From the NCBI GenBank assembly GCA_963815115.1, contig CAWFFN010000007.1:960001-1024000 (forward strand): a stretch of DNA of 64,000 nt. The letters run 5' to 3'. The stretch's first letter is position 1. Each line of letters opens with the position of its first letter. Positions 18,406 to 28,829 of this stretch are shown here, in pieces. A model generated the notes under the pieces. The model made no database searches, was not told the origin of the DNA, and saw only the letters and a list, made by a program, of their open reading frames with translations. This DNA comes from an uncultured delta proteobacterium (GTDB lineage: Bacteria > Desulfobacterota > Binatia > DP-6). A program made the position numbers and the translations under genes.

Positions 18406-19875
18406 TCACCCGCAGTCGAGCGCGAGCTGGACGCCGACGTGGTCGGACGGCCAGCAGACCGCCGCCGGCGCCGGCCCGCACACCGGCGCGAACCGATTCG
18501 GGCGATCGGCGAAGAGCGCGGTCGCGGGGCCCGTGCCGTCGGACCGGCCGCGCTCGATCCGGCACCCCGGCGCGGGAACGAGGAAGACGAAGTCGATGCG
18601 CTCGGTCTCGTTGCTCGCCGGCGACTCGAGGTCCTGGAGGGTATCGTCCAGGCGGCCCGAGGTGCAGCCGACGCCGGTGACGGGCTCGCACTCCGTGCCG
18701 CCGGCGGCGGCATAGACGTCGAGCCACCCGCGGCGGGTGAGCTGCGCATGAGCGAAGCTCGCGGGCGGCGCGTTGAAGTCGCCGGTGATCACCGCCGGCG
18801 TCGGCACGTCGTGGCGGTCCTCGACGAGCTGCGCCAGCTGCACCGCCTGGCAGTCGAGGAGCGTCGCCGCCCCCGCCGCCACGCACTCCGACGGGCAGTT
18901 CGCCCCGCAGGGCTGGTCGCCCTCGCCGGTCCCGGAGCCGAGATGGGTGGTGAAGACGTCGAGCGGACCCAGCGGATGATCGAGCCGTACGTGAAGCACG
19001 TTGCGGTACCCCCCGAAGAGCGGCACGGTCTCGGCACGCCCCGCCGGGAAGCGGCTGAGGACCATCGCGTCGTCGACCTGGTTGGCGGGGTTGTAGACCG
19101 GCGTGTAGGCGCCGCCGCAGACGGCGGGCAGCGGACTCGTCAGGGCGGGCACCTGCGGGTTGCGCACCTCCTGGAGGGTGATCGCATCCGGACAGCCGGC
19201 GGCCTCGAGGGTGTCGAAGAACAGCGCGACTCGATCCGGGAAGCGGCAGAGGTTGGTTGCCGCCGGACACGACAGACCGTGCAGGATGTTGAGATCGGCG
19301 AGCGTGAGCGCGGTGCCGGGGCACGCCGCGGGCGCCGCCGCCTTGCGCGCGCGGAAGCGCAGGCGGACATTGGCGGCGACGGTGCCGCCGAAACCCGCGC
19401 ACCAGCGCAGCGTGCCGGCACGCAGGACGACCGACAGCGGGACGCGCTCTGCCGCGCTGAGCGCGCACGGCCACGCGCGTCCCCCGGCGGCGAGCACGAT
19501 CGCTCCGGGACGCAGCACCACACGCCGCACGCCCACGACGGCGCCGCTCGGGTCGCGATACCGCCAGCCGTTTCGCGCGCCGTCGCCCCCGATCGGCGCC
19601 CAGCGTGCGGCCGGCAGATCGGCGTTCACGTAGCACTGCCCGCGCCCCGCCCCTCCGTTGATCACGAGCGTCGCGCCCGTGCTGCGGAGATCGGGGAACG
19701 GCGGCGCGATCGCGGGATCCGCGAGGCGTCCGGCCGCGGAACGCCGATCGGCGTCGTGGGCGGCCGCCTGGAGACGGAGGAGCGCGCCCGCCACCGGACG
19801 ATCGGTCGCTCCGCCGCTCGGAGCGACCGTCAGGAGCAGCGTGGCGGCGAGCGCCGATGCCAGGCGGACACGCAT
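18406..19875 (-). CDS. Secreted endonuclease/exonuclease/phosphatase (EEP) with N-terminal Arg-rich domain
   Basis: Start MRVRLAS (the track ORF runs through the tRNA). Motifs NILHG, LQEV, TTHL, GDFN, RIDFVF, SDH. Confidence 0.85.
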   Translation of the reverse strand: MRVRLASALAATLLLTVAPSGGATDRPVAGALLRLQAAAHDADRRSAAGRLADPAIAPPFPDLRSTGATLVINGGAGRGQCYVNADLPAARWAPIGGDGARNGWRYRDPSGAVVGVRRVVLRPGAIVLAAGGRAWPCALSAAERVPLSVVLRAGTLRWCAGFGGTVAANVRLRFRARKAAAPAACPGTALTLADLNILHGLSCPAATNLCRFPDRVALFFDTLEAAGCPDAITLQEVRNPQVPALTSPLPAVCGGAYTPVYNPANQVDDAMVLSRFPAGRAETVPLFGGYRNVLHVRLDHPLGPLDVFTTHLGSGTGEGDQPCGANCPSECVAAGAATLLDCQAVQLAQLVEDRHDVPTPAVITGDFNAPPASFAHAQLTRRGWLDVYAAAGGTECEPVTGVGCTSGRLDDTLQDLESPASNETERIDFVFLVPAPGCRIERGRSDGTGPATALFADRPNRFAPVCGPAPAAVCWPSDHVGVQLALDCG

Positions 19876-19952
19876 GCCTCCGCTTCCCTCCCGCCGGTGC
19901 GGCAAGTCAAGGACGGGCCGCCAGAGCGAATGCTCCGGCGGCCCGCAAGAGG

Positions 19953-20025
19953 CTCCCCGGGCCGGACTCGAACCAGCGACCAATCGGTTAACAGCCGATC
20001 GCTCTACCGACTGAGCTACCGGGGA
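19953..20025 (-). tRNA. tRNA-Asn(GTT)
   Basis: TCCCCGGTAGCTCAGTCGGTAGAGC...CTGTTAA...GGTTCGAGTCC...CCGGGGAG cloverleaf; CCA not fully encoded. Confidence 0.97.
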
Positions 20026-20075
20026 ATGTCGGGCTCCATAGCGGAGGCCCCGTTGCCGGTCCAGTGGCGCCGCGC

Positions 20076-20672
20076 TCACATCTCGCGCCGACCTTCGAGC
20101 GCGCGCCCGACGGTCATCACGTCCGCGTACTCGATGTCGGCCCCGACGGGAAGCCCGTGCGCGATGCGCGTCACCTTGATGCCGAGCGGCTTCAGCAGCT
20201 TCGCCAGGTAGAGCGCCGTCGCCTCACCCTCGGCGGTCGGGTTCGTCGCCAGGATCACCTCGCGCACCGGCGTGTCGCGCAGGCGCACGAGGAGCGGCTG
20301 GATCTTGAGCTCGTCCGGACCGATGCCGTCGAGCGGTGCGAGCGTTCCGTGCAGGACGTGGTACCGGCCGCGGAACTCGCGCACGCGCTCGATCGCCAGC
20401 AGATCGGCCGGCTCCTCGACGACGCAGATCACCTCCGCGGCGCGCTGCGGGTCGCTGCACAGCGGGCAGGGATCGCTCTCGGTGAGCGCGAAGCAGATCG
20501 AGCACAGCCGCGTCTCGTCCTTCACCGCGAGCAGCGCGTCGGCCAGCGCCTGCGCGTAGTCGCGCTCCGCACGCAGGATGTGGAACGCCAGCCGCGAGGC
20601 CGTCTTCTCCCCGATGCCGGGCAGCCGCGCGAGCTGCTGGATCAGGCGGGCCATGGAGGGCGTCTGCGCCAT
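20076..20672 (-). CDS. recR: Recombination mediator RecR
   Basis: LPGIGEKTASRLAF, CSIC...CPLC Zn finger, TOPRIM ILATNPTAEGEATA. Confidence 0.98.
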   Translation of the reverse strand: MAQTPSMARLIQQLARLPGIGEKTASRLAFHILRAERDYAQALADALLAVKDETRLCSICFALTESDPCPLCSDPQRAAEVICVVEEPADLLAIERVREFRGRYHVLHGTLAPLDGIGPDELKIQPLLVRLRDTPVREVILATNPTAEGEATALYLAKLLKPLGIKVTRIAHGLPVGADIEYADVMTVGRALEGRREM

Positions 20673-20679
20673 CACCGGT

Positions 20680-21000
20680 TCACCCGAGCCCGGGGATCGG
20701 CAAGCCGCCGGTCACCTTCTGCATCTCGTCGGCGATGAGCGCGCGCGCGGCACGCAAGGCCTCGTTCACCGCGGCCACCACCAGGTCCTGGAGCATCGTG
20801 CGGTCGGGGCTCTCGAGCATCGAGGGGTCGATCTCGACGCGCAGGAGCTCCATGCGGCCGTTGACCACTGCCGTCACCATGCCGCCACCCGCGCGCCCCT
20901 CCGCCGTGCGCGCCGCGATCTCGTCCTGCACCGAGGTGAGCCGTTCCTGCAGCTGCTTGGCCTGCTGCAGCAGGCCCCCCAGATCGAAGCTCTTGCTCAT
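20680..21000 (-). CDS. ybaB: YbaB/EbfC nucleoid-associated protein
   Basis: MSKSFDLGGLLQQAKQLQ...AGGGMV...LQDLVVAAVNEA; canonical dnaX-ybaB-recR order. Confidence 0.95.
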   Translation of the reverse strand: MSKSFDLGGLLQQAKQLQERLTSVQDEIAARTAEGRAGGGMVTAVVNGRMELLRVEIDPSMLESPDRTMLQDLVVAAVNEALRAARALIADEMQKVTGGLPIPGLG

Positions 21001-21014
21001 GCGCTCTCCTTCGT

Positions 21015-22661
21015 TCACGGCCGCCGGTCGCGGACTCCGCGGACCTCGGCCCCGAAGATCTCGACGGCCGCCTGCACCAGCGGGTCGGCGAGGGTCTCCT
21101 CCTCTCGCCGCCGCGCTTGCGCGATCGGCGTGTCGCCGGCGCGGTCCGCGGGCACGGGGCCCACCTCCACCCGCAGCGCACGGCCGGCCACCTCGGACGC
21201 GATGGCGGCGAGCCGCGCCAGGGTCTCCTTGCCGGTGAGCTCGCGACGCAGCGCTTCGCTGTCGATGCCGATGCGCAGCACGGAGTCGGTGAGCCCGACC
21301 GGGCGCGCCGTGGCGAGCGTCATGTAGAGCGACACGCGCTCCCGGCGCACCCGCTCGAGGACCCGCTCCCAGAGGGCACCGGCCGCATCCGGAGCCGCGG
21401 TCGGGCGGGCGGGCGGCTCGCTGGCGCGGCGCGAGGCCGGCGGCGTCACCGGCGTGGCGCGCGGCGGGACGGGCGGCGCCTGGCCGCCCGCTTGACCACC
21501 CGCCGCGGGCGGCGCGCCCGCGAGCGCCTCGAGCCGCCCGAGGATCTCGTCCACCGGAAGGAGCGGCGGCAGGGTGGCGACGCGCAGGACGATCATCTCG
21601 AGGACGAGCTGAGGATCGATGGTCCGCGCGGGCGCCGCCAGCGTCTCGTCCGCCTCGAGCAGGAGGCCGAAGATGCGCTGCAGCTCGTCGGACGATCGGC
21701 GTCCCGCCTGCGCGACGAGCGCGGCCGTCTCGGCCTCCGGCAGCTCCCCGAGCAGCGTGCGATCGCCGGTCGCCGCCAGGACCGCGAGATGGCGTACGTG
21801 CTCGAGGAGATCGCGACAGAAGCGCTGCGCGTCGTAGCCGTGCTCGTGGAGCGTCGCCAGGTGCCGCAGGCAGGCCGCCGCATCGCCGGCGACGATGGCG
21901 TCGGCGACGGCCACCACGAGGGCGCGGTCCGCCGCCCCGAGCACGTTGCGCACCGTCGCCACGTCGGCGGGCCCGTCGATGGCGGCCAGCACCTGTTCGA
22001 GGAGCGACTGCGCGTCGCGCAGGCTGCCCTCGGCCTCGCGCGCGATCAGCGCGATGGCCTCGTCCGACAGCGCGACCTCCTCCCTGGCGACGGCCGCCCG
22101 CAGCTCGCCGATCAGCGTGGCCAGGTCGATGCGGCGGAGATCGTAGCGCTGGCAGCGCGACAGCACCGTCGGCAGCACCTTGTGCGGATCCGTCGTCGCG
22201 AGGATGAACTTGACGTGCGGCGGCGGCTCCTCGAGCGTCTTCAGCAGCGCGTTGAAGGAATGCGACGAGAGCATGTGCACCTCGTCGATGATGTAGATCT
22301 TGAAGCGGCTCTTGATCGGCCGGTGCGCGACGGTCTCCATCAGGTCGCGCATCTTCTCCACCTGGGTGTGCGACGCGCCGTCGATCTCGAGCACGTCGAA
22401 GGCGATGCCGTCGGCGATCTCCTGGCACGTGGAGCAGGCGTTGCAGGGCTCGGTGGCCGGGCCGCGCTCGCAGTTGAGCGCCTTGGCGAGGATGCGGGCC
22501 GTCGTGGTCTTGCCGACGCCGCGCGGGCCCGCGAACAGGAAGGCGTGGGCGACGCGGCCCGCCGTGATCGCGGCCTGGAGCGTGCGGGTCACGTGCTCCT
22601 GGCCGACGACGTCGGCAAAGCGCTGCGGCCGGAGCCGCCGCGCAAGCACCTGGTAGCTCAT
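21015..22661 (-). CDS. dnaX: DNA polymerase III subunit gamma/tau
   Basis: MSYQVLARRLRP, GPRGVGKTT, IIDEVHML, NALLKTLEEPP, SRC. Confidence 0.98.
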   Translation of the reverse strand: MSYQVLARRLRPQRFADVVGQEHVTRTLQAAITAGRVAHAFLFAGPRGVGKTTTARILAKALNCERGPATEPCNACSTCQEIADGIAFDVLEIDGASHTQVEKMRDLMETVAHRPIKSRFKIYIIDEVHMLSSHSFNALLKTLEEPPPHVKFILATTDPHKVLPTVLSRCQRYDLRRIDLATLIGELRAAVAREEVALSDEAIALIAREAEGSLRDAQSLLEQVLAAIDGPADVATVRNVLGAADRALVVAVADAIVAGDAAACLRHLATLHEHGYDAQRFCRDLLEHVRHLAVLAATGDRTLLGELPEAETAALVAQAGRRSSDELQRIFGLLLEADETLAAPARTIDPQLVLEMIVLRVATLPPLLPVDEILGRLEALAGAPPAAGGQAGGQAPPVPPRATPVTPPASRRASEPPARPTAAPDAAGALWERVLERVRRERVSLYMTLATARPVGLTDSVLRIGIDSEALRRELTGKETLARLAAIASEVAGRALRVEVGPVPADRAGDTPIAQARRREEETLADPLVQAAVEIFGAEVRGVRDRRP

Positions 22662-22675
22662 CGCGCCGCGATCGC

Positions 22676-22817
22676 GAGCCGGGGCATCCGACGGTGATGG
22701 CTAGGGTGCCCTGCGGCACAGAGGGACATTCGGTACCGTTGCTTCCTTCCGGACCTGGCGGGGTTCGCGACGCCGTCTTGCGCAGGACCTAGCCACCACC
22801 GCCCGATGCCCCGGCTC
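22676..22817 (-). ncRNA. ffs: Signal recognition particle 4.5S RNA (with flanking stem)
   Basis: Conserved domain IV CCAGGTCCGGAAGGAAGCAACGG within a long hairpin, upstream of dnaX. Mature ends approximate. Confidence 0.93.
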
Positions 22818-22859
22818 CGGCCCGAGCGTACCGGCGGGGCGAGGAAGGCGCAAGCTGAG

Positions 22860-22946
22860 CGGAGAGGGAGGGATTCGAACCCTCGGTACCTGTGAAGGTA
22901 CACACGCTCTCCAGGCGTGCCCCTTCGACCACTCGGGCACCTCTCC
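22860..22946 (-). tRNA. tRNA-Ser(GGA)
   Basis: GGAGAGGTGCCCGAGTGG...CACGC-CTGGAGA-GCGTG, long variable arm, GGTTCGAATCC. Confidence 0.96.
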
Positions 22947-23008
22947 GGACGCAGCACTACGGCCACGTCGCTGCACGCTTCCTCGTCGCCTCCCGCGCGC
23001 CATCGCAG

Positions 23009-23096
23009 CGGAGAGGGGGGGATTCGAACCCCCGATGCCACGAGGGCATACACGATTTCGAGTCGTGCCGTTTCAACCGGGCTCACGCACCTCTCC
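23009..23096 (-). tRNA. tRNA-Ser(CGA)
   Basis: GGAGAGGTG...CACGA-CTCGAAA-TCGTG, long variable arm, GGTTCGAATCC. Confidence 0.95.
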
Positions 23097-23109
23097 GAAG
23101 GCGCCCTGC

Positions 23110-24426
23110 CTAGCACACGCCTCCCTGGCAGTCGACGCGCGCGACGCTCGCTCCGGGCGACGGCGCCGCAACGAAGCGCGCATGCGTGCCCGCGCCACGC
23201 GGTCGGTAGAAGCGATCATCGAGCGCGGCCAGCAGCGCGCCGGTCCGGTCGCGTTCGACCAGCGCCAGGACCGCCCCTCCGAACCCGGCGCCCATGAGCC
23301 GCGCGCCGAGCGCCCCCGCCTCGCGTGCGAGGCACACCAGCGCGTCGGCGCGCGCGGTGCCGGTCTCGTAGTCGGCCGCGCCGCTGGCGTGCGAGACGTC
23401 GAGCAGGCGGCCGAGCGCCGGCAGGTCGCCGGCGGCGAGCGCCTGCTCTGCTGCCGCCACGCGCGCCGCCTCGCCGAGCACGTGGCGAACGCGGCGCCGC
23501 AGCACGAAGCGGTCGGGGTCGGCCAGGACCACCGTCTCCGGGACCAGCCTGTCGAAGGCGGCCGCGGTCAGCCCGGCATCCCTGCGCACCTGCGCGCGCG
23601 ACCGGGTGCCGTCCGGGAGGACGTCGAGGAGGTCGCCACGCGATGCGACCGCATCCTCGAGCTCGCCCAGGCGGACCAGGGGATGCCGCAGGCGATGCGC
23701 GAGGATGGCGCACGCCAGCCGGCACTCGATCACGCGCTGGTTGTAGTGGCCGCGTGCGATGCCGGCCTTGGCCGCATCCTCGAGGGTGTGCGCCAGGACG
23801 AATGCCGCCTGCGGCGGCACGGCGACGGCCCGCGCTCGCAGCGGAAAGAAGTCGAGCCGGAGCGCGTGCCCTGCCCGTCCGAGGAGGATCGCCGCCTGAT
23901 CCATGCCACCGCTCAGGACACCGACGTAACGCTCGCCGCGGGCGAGCACCTCGGCGAGCGCGAGGGGCTGCATCGCGATGCCCGCGAGGGCGAGCTGCGC
24001 CAGCGCCAGCGCAACGACGAGCGCGGAGGAGGAGGACACACCCGCCGCTGGCGGGATGGTGCCGTCGACCCGGAGCGCCACCCCGCCCGGGAGCAGCACC
24101 GTGCCGGCGTCGAGCAGCGCCTGGGTCGCGGCCTTGGCGTAGTTGCCCCAGTCGCCCGCGTCGAACGGCGGGATCGGCGCCACGGGCGCGTAGCGGCGTG
24201 GTGGAAAGCGGGCGTCGCTGCTCGCGACCTCGACCAGATCGCCGGCGCGCGCGGACCCGGCCACGAGGACGTCGCGCTCGATGGCGAAGGGCAGAACCGG
24301 GAGCCCGTTGTAGTCGGTGTGCTCGCCGATCAGATTGACGCGGCCGGGCGCGCGCGCCAGCACCGCCGGACCGTCGCTGCCGAGGCCGGCGAGCAGACGA
24401 GCCGCGCGATCGCCAGGCGCGTGCAT
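23110..24426 (-). CDS. galK: Galactokinase family GHMP kinase
   Basis: APGRVNLIGEHTDY, PPAAGVSSSSA, GGMDQ, GARLMGAGFGG. ATG overlaps the tadA stop. Confidence 0.85.
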   Translation of the reverse strand: MHAPGDRAARLLAGLGSDGPAVLARAPGRVNLIGEHTDYNGLPVLPFAIERDVLVAGSARAGDLVEVASSDARFPPRRYAPVAPIPPFDAGDWGNYAKAATQALLDAGTVLLPGGVALRVDGTIPPAAGVSSSSALVVALALAQLALAGIAMQPLALAEVLARGERYVGVLSGGMDQAAILLGRAGHALRLDFFPLRARAVAVPPQAAFVLAHTLEDAAKAGIARGHYNQRVIECRLACAILAHRLRHPLVRLGELEDAVASRGDLLDVLPDGTRSRAQVRRDAGLTAAAFDRLVPETVVLADPDRFVLRRRVRHVLGEAARVAAAEQALAAGDLPALGRLLDVSHASGAADYETGTARADALVCLAREAGALGARLMGAGFGGAVLALVERDRTGALLAALDDRFYRPRGAGTHARFVAAPSPGASVARVDCQGGVC

Positions 24427-24938
24427 CACGAGGTGCGGCGTGCCCGGAAGAAGTCCTGCAACAGGTCGCGTGCGGGGTCGGCCTCGACGCCGGCCTGCAC
24501 GACGATGGCGTGATTGAGTCGGGGGTCGGAGCCGAGGTCGTACAGCGAGCCAGCCGCTCCGCCCTTCGGATCGGCGCAGCCGTAGACCAGGCGGGCGACC
24601 CGCGCCTGGAGCGCCGCTCCCATGCACATGGCGCACGGCTCGACCGTCACGTAGAGCGTCGCGCCGGGCAGCCGGTAGTTTCCCGTCCGGCGGCCGGCCG
24701 CTCTGAGCGCTCGGACCTCGGCGTGGGCGGTCGGATCGTGCGCGGCGATGCTCCCGTTGCCGGCGCGCGCCAGGCGCCGGCCGTCGCTCACCACCACCGC
24801 ACCCACCGGCACCTCGCCGACCTGTCCGGCCCGCACGGCTTCCCGCAACGCCTGCCGCATCCAGTATCGATCGGCCTCGGTCGCCGGGGCATCCGCGGGA
24901 GCGGACCTCGCCGTCGGTCCCGAGGCCGATCGCTTCAC
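24426..24938 (-). CDS. tadA: tRNA adenosine(34) deaminase
   Basis: EVPVGAV, DPTAHAE, EPCAMC, DPKGGA. Confidence 0.96.
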   Translation of the reverse strand: MKRSASGPTARSAPADAPATEADRYWMRQALREAVRAGQVGEVPVGAVVVSDGRRLARAGNGSIAAHDPTAHAEVRALRAAGRRTGNYRLPGATLYVTVEPCAMCMGAALQARVARLVYGCADPKGGAAGSLYDLGSDPRLNHAIVVQAGVEADPARDLLQDFFRARRTS

Positions 24939-24942
24939 GTCG

Positions 24943-25197
24943 TCAGTGCCCCTGACTGGGCTGGGTGCCCTTCGTGTCGCCCTTCATGTCGCCACCCTTG
25001 GCGCCACCACTCGTGTCAGCCGCCTTGCACTTCTCCACGTCGGACTCGCTGATCACCATGGTCTCGGCCACGTCCTTCACGGACCGGCCGGTCTGCAGGT
25101 ACTTGTTCACCTGCTTGCAGTTGACCTCGGCGGCGAAACCGAACGTCGCCGAGCCGAGCACCAGGGCCCCCCCGAGAACGAATATTCCGAATCGCAT
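24943..25197 (-). CDS. Small secreted protein with two Cys and HTH-like pattern
   Basis: AAGGAGG RBS; signal peptide; mature part NCKQVNKYLQTGRSVKDVAETMVISESDVEKCK. Confidence 0.75.
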   Translation of the reverse strand: MRFGIFVLGGALVLGSATFGFAAEVNCKQVNKYLQTGRSVKDVAETMVISESDVEKCKAADTSGGAKGGDMKGDTKGTQPSQGH

Positions 25198-25564
25198 GCG
25201 CGCCTCCTTGCGCGTATATAACGCGCCCTATTCCTGCCCACTGGCAGCCAGTGTGCGGGCGTATACCAACGCCGCACCGGCAAGGAAAGTTACGCTTCCC
25301 CGCCTCCCCCGGGGGATCAGACTGCATGCCGGACCGCCCTTTCGGGGTTAGAAATCCTGCCCCGGATGGCACCTGCCACCTTCTTCCGGCGCTTGTTGGA
25401 TGGGACCCGAGGGGCGCAGTCGATTTTGGATGCCTGGCGGTACCTCAATACAGTAACGCCACAATATAGGCAGGAAATTTCGTCACTAAAGGTATTGCCG
25501 CACGAAGCCCCGCTCGATAGATACATAAGCGGGAATTTCCGCCGTGCCCGGCGAAAGGAGCATT

Positions 25565-25750
25565 ATGGCAAGTGAGGGGGAAGTTTGGGTGCAGCTCGCG
25601 ACACGCATTCCGAAGCAGCTTCATCGTGAGCTCAAACTGCACTGTGTGAAATCTGACGTCTCGGTGATGGATTTCGTCGTCGGGGCGCTGGAGGAGAAGT
25701 TGGCTAGAGAGTCCGGCGGCCGGTCCGAGCGCCGCCGGGCGCGCGCCTGA
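25565..25750 (+). CDS. Small ribbon-helix-helix DNA-binding protein
   Basis: AAGGAG RBS; alternating beta-strand VQLATRI then PKQLHRELKLHC and VSVMDFVVGALEEKL helices (ParG/Arc-like pattern). Confidence 0.72.
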   Translation: MASEGEVWVQLATRIPKQLHRELKLHCVKSDVSVMDFVVGALEEKLARESGGRSERRRARA

Positions 25751-25827
25751 AAGACGCGGACGGCGGCGGTGGGGTCGGGCATCGGCTCGGCCCTGCCCCT
25801 CCGGGCCTCGTGCCCTGCGGCCGCGAG

Positions 25828-26157
25828 ATGACGGCGTGCGTGGGGCTGACGCCGCGTGCGGGGCGGCTGCTGGCACGCGTTCGCCGGGGCTCCCCGGAGG
25901 GGGCCGACCTGGCGTTCCTGGTGAGCGGCGGCTGCTGCGGCGGCACCGCTCCGGTGCTGTGCCGTCGTGATGCCGTGCTGGACGGCTTCGACGTCCGTCT
26001 CGGGGAGATCGACGGGGTGCCGGTGTTCGCGCATCCCGACCATGCCCGCTACCTGGCAGGCAGCCCCCTCGTGATCGACGCCAGCGACGATCCGCGCAGC
26101 GACGTCTGGTCACTCGAGATGGCGCACGGCGGTCGCTTCGTCCTCGCTAGGGAGTAG
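25828..26157 (+). CDS. DUF779 family protein
   Basis: SGGCCGGTAP, DVRLGEIDGVP, WSLE...G.RF motifs. Confidence 0.72.
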   Translation: MTACVGLTPRAGRLLARVRRGSPEGADLAFLVSGGCCGGTAPVLCRRDAVLDGFDVRLGEIDGVPVFAHPDHARYLAGSPLVIDASDDPRSDVWSLEMAHGGRFVLARE

Positions 26158-26647
26158 CCGAACCGCGCCGCCCCGCCGAGGCGCGCCGCGCCTGGGTCCG
26201 GGCGACCTCGACCAGCTCGCGCGCGCGCGCCACGTGCGCCACGCCCGTGGGCTGCCCATCGGGTCCCGTCACGGTCACGGTGCCGTGGTCGAGCATCCGA
26301 CCGGTGATCCCCCCCTCCTGCTCGACGACGCCGGGCGCGAGCGGCGATGCCAGCGTGCGCTGCCGGTAGGTGCCCGAGCTCATCAGGAGCCGGCGCTCGG
26401 TCAGCAGGAAGGCGGTGTGCCGCCAGCGCAGGAGGCCGGGAACGAATCCCAGCGCGGCGACGAGCGTGCCGACGAGGGCGATCCGCACCTCGGTCGCGGG
26501 CGGCAGGTCGTTGTGCCGGATCAGGAGCATCACGACCAGGGCCACGAACAGGGCCATCGAGAGGGCTCCCCCGAACGTCATCGGGTGCAGGCTGGTCCGG
26601 AAGATCACCTGTTCTCCGGGCTCCAGCCGGTCCTCCACGCGCCCCAT
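26147..26647 (-). CDS. Membrane protein with bacterial PH (bPH_2) domain
   Basis: [15 protein letters not shown], 2 TM helices, [22 protein letters not shown]. Confidence 0.72.
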   Translation of the reverse strand: MGRVEDRLEPGEQVIFRTSLHPMTFGGALSMALFVALVVMLLIRHNDLPPATEVRIALVGTLVAALGFVPGLLRWRHTAFLLTERRLLMSSGTYRQRTLASPLAPGVVEQEGGITGRMLDHGTVTVTGPDGQPTGVAHVARARELVEVARTQARRASAGRRGSATP

Positions 26648-26780
26648 GCGGGCTCCGTTCCGTACGCGTAAACCACCGCAAGGGCAAGCCGGAGTGGAAC
26701 GCTCTTGCCCTAGGGCCGACGCCCACCGTAGAAACGAACCCCAGGTGGCGACGCCCGCGGCGGCGCAGCAAGAGGAGTCG

Positions 26781-28825
<2,045 letters not shown>

Positions 28826-28829
<4 letters not shown>

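Noticed and set aside
21015-22661. dnaX programmed frameshift or slippage site
   Set aside because: No A AAA AAG heptamer or long A run found.
19900-23100. Prophage or ICE integrated at the tRNA genes
   Set aside because: No integrase and no duplicated tRNA 3' end seen in the window.
25260-25400. Riboswitch suggested by a CCCGAAAGGG tetraloop hairpin
   Set aside because: I could not match the remaining conserved elements of c-di-GMP or other known riboswitches; an Infernal search is needed.
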